From Mycobacterium leprae TN (GTDB lineage: Bacteria > Actinomycetota > Actinomycetes > Mycobacteriales > Mycobacteriaceae): a DNA stretch of 32,000 nt. This document shows, in pieces, positions 30,621 through 32,000 of this stretch (positions are counted from its first letter, which is position 1; each line of letters opens with the position of its first letter). The position numbers and the translations under genes were made by a program. The stretch spans positions 780,001 through 812,000 of the forward strand of contig NC_002677.1 in NCBI RefSeq assembly GCF_000195855.1. The letters run 5' to 3'. The notes under the pieces were generated by a model, which was not told where the DNA came from, did no database searches, and saw nothing but the letters and a program-made list of their open reading frames with translations.

Positions 30621-30691
30621 ATCTGGAGCCTAACCGCCTGCAGCGGGTCTTAAGCATACTGACGCCGGTAGGCTATGTCAGACTGTCAGAC

Positions 30692-31540
30692 GTGGGTGCA
30701 ATCACGCTGGACGGCAAGGCCACCCGAGACGAGATCCTGATCGACCTCAAGCAACGCGTGGCCGCATTAACCGAATCCGGTCGCACGCCCGGACTGGGTA
30801 CCATCCTGGTCGGTGACGACCCCGGATCACATGCCTATGTTCGTGGCAAGCACGCCGACTGTGCGAAGGTGGGCATCACATCGATTCGCCGCGACTTGCC
30901 CGTCGACATCACAACGGCCGTGCTGCATGACACCATCGAGGAACTGAATGCCAACCCCGACTGCACCGGCTATATCGTGCAGTTGCCGTTACCCAAGTAC
31001 CTGGACGAGAACACGGCGCTGGAGCGTGTCGACCCGGCCAAGGATGCCGACGGCCTGCACCCGACGAACCTCGGCCGGCTAGTGCTGTCCACCCCGGCGC
31101 CGCTGCCGTGTACCGCGCGTGGCATTTTGCACCTGCTACGGCGTTACGGCGTCGAGATCGCCGGAACACACGTCGTCATCATCGGGCGCGGTGTTACGGT
31201 TGGTCGCCCGTTGGGGCTGCTGCTGACACGCCGTTCCGAGAACGCCACGGTGACTTTGTGCCACACAGGAACGCGCAATCTGGCAGCGCTAACCAAGCAG
31301 GCTGACATCATTGTAGCCGCCGTCGGTGTTCCACATCTGCTGACCGCGGATATGGTGCGTCCCGGAGCTGTGGTGGTCGACGTCGGTGTCAGCCGGGTCG
31401 AGACTAGGCTCGTCGGCGACGTGCATCCGGATGTCTGGGAAGTCGCCGGTCACGTCTCACCGAATCCTGGTGGCGTTGGTCCGCTTACCCGGGTGTTTCT
31501 GCTGACCAACGTTGTCGAATTGGCCGAGGGACGGCAGTAA
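30692..31540 (+). CDS. folD: Bifunctional methylenetetrahydrofolate dehydrogenase/cyclohydrolase FolD
   Basis: 282 aa from GTG 30692 ([15 protein letters not shown]...). Motifs: [46 protein letters not shown]. The track start at 30608 is an upstream extension overlapping the divergent pseudogene start. Confidence 0.95.
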   Translation: MGAITLDGKATRDEILIDLKQRVAALTESGRTPGLGTILVGDDPGSHAYVRGKHADCAKVGITSIRRDLPVDITTAVLHDTIEELNANPDCTGYIVQLPLPKYLDENTALERVDPAKDADGLHPTNLGRLVLSTPAPLPCTARGILHLLRRYGVEIAGTHVVIIGRGVTVGRPLGLLLTRRSENATVTLCHTGTRNLAALTKQADIIVAAVGVPHLLTADMVRPGAVVVDVGVSRVETRLVGDVHPDVWEVAGHVSPNPGGVGPLTRVFLLTNVVELAEGRQ

Positions 31541-31542
31541 AC

Positions 31543-31818
31543 GTGCGTGCAGCGTTGCGGTCGCAATGGCCGATTCTGCTGGTTGGGATGATCTTCGCTG
31601 GAGCGTTCGTGCTGGTGGGGGCAAATTTTTGGCGTCGTGGTGCGCTACTAATCGGTATCGGTGTCGGGGTAGCAACAGTGCTGCGACTGGTGTTATCCGA
31701 TGAGCGGGCTGGCCTGTTGATGGTGCGCGGCAAGGTCATCGACTTGGTTACAACGGCGTTAGTCGGTATGGCGATGGTCTACATCGCGTCGACCATCGAC
31801 CCGCTAGGCACCGGCTAG
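31543..31818 (+). CDS. Small integral membrane protein (DUF3017-like, Rv3355c position)
   Basis: 91-aa ORF with GTG 2 nt after the folD TAA. Three hydrophobic helices (WPILLVGMIFAGAFVLV, ALLIGIGVGVATVLRLV, LVTTALVGMAMVYIAS). Confidence 0.75.
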   Translation: MRAALRSQWPILLVGMIFAGAFVLVGANFWRRGALLIGIGVGVATVLRLVLSDERAGLLMVRGKVIDLVTTALVGMAMVYIASTIDPLGTG

Positions 31819-32000
31819 ATTCCCGGTATACCCGGGCCTGGTGGCAGACTGGGTAGGTTGCCGCTGGCTACGTTGGCCATCATCGTGGGGCAGTATATCG
31901 AAATTGCGATCTTGGCGAAGGTTTCGGCCATCTGTGGGGACATGTCGCTGTTTCCCCGAATGCGCTGTACGGCAGCGGCGAAATTGCCTCCCGATTTGGC
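31815..32000 (-). CDS. 3' part of a DUF732-type secreted protein gene (Rv3354-like); 5' end lies beyond the window
   Basis: The minus frame from 32000 reads AKSGGNFAAAVQRIRGNSDMSPQMAETFAKIAISIYCPTMMANVASGNLPSLPPGPGIPGI*. This closely resembles my memory of the C-terminus of M. tuberculosis Rv3354 (...MAQTFTSIAISMYCPSVMADVASGNLPALP...). The stop overlaps the convergent gene by 4 nt. Confidence 0.7.
   Translation of the reverse strand, partial: AKSGGNFAAAVQRIRGNSDMSPQMAETFAKIAISIYCPTMMANVASGNLPSLPPGPGIPGI

Overview
High-GC actinobacterial chromosome segment that reads as Mycobacterium leprae or a very close relative. Support: the tmRNA tag is ADSYQRDYALAA, gene order follows M. tuberculosis Rv31xx/Rv335x as I remember it, and gene decay is extreme. 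All orthologue assignments come from reading motifs and from memory; no searches were run. The window has two parts. (1) Positions 361-16046 hold no intact gene. Family signatures can still be read across stops and frameshifts for a vapBC-like pair, an alpha/beta hydrolase, an amine oxidase, an LLM oxidoreductase, a TetR regulator, an HNH/DUF222 (REP13E12-type) protein, a MoxR-DUF58-membrane module, a nuoN relic and a quinone oxidoreductase. (2) Positions 16047-32000 hold intact housekeeping genes separated by further pseudogenes (agpS-like, mscS-like, OYE-like). The intact genes are fadE23, fadE24, an IMPase-family hisN-like gene, fprA, prfB, ftsE-ftsX-smpB, ssrA (tmRNA), folD and two small envelope proteins. 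An initiator tRNA-Met lies at 284-360. I found no CRISPR array, no intact mobile element and no convincing novel multi-gene system. The least explained structure is a perfect 19+19 bp palindrome at 18720-18759 between hisN and fadE24. Secondary points are the nuo deletion junction, the breakpoint just 3' of ssrA, an (AT)7 microsatellite inside an inverted repeat, and several zero-spacer gene junctions. Stretches 1100-2000, 6100-8300 and 9900-11300 remain unassigned.
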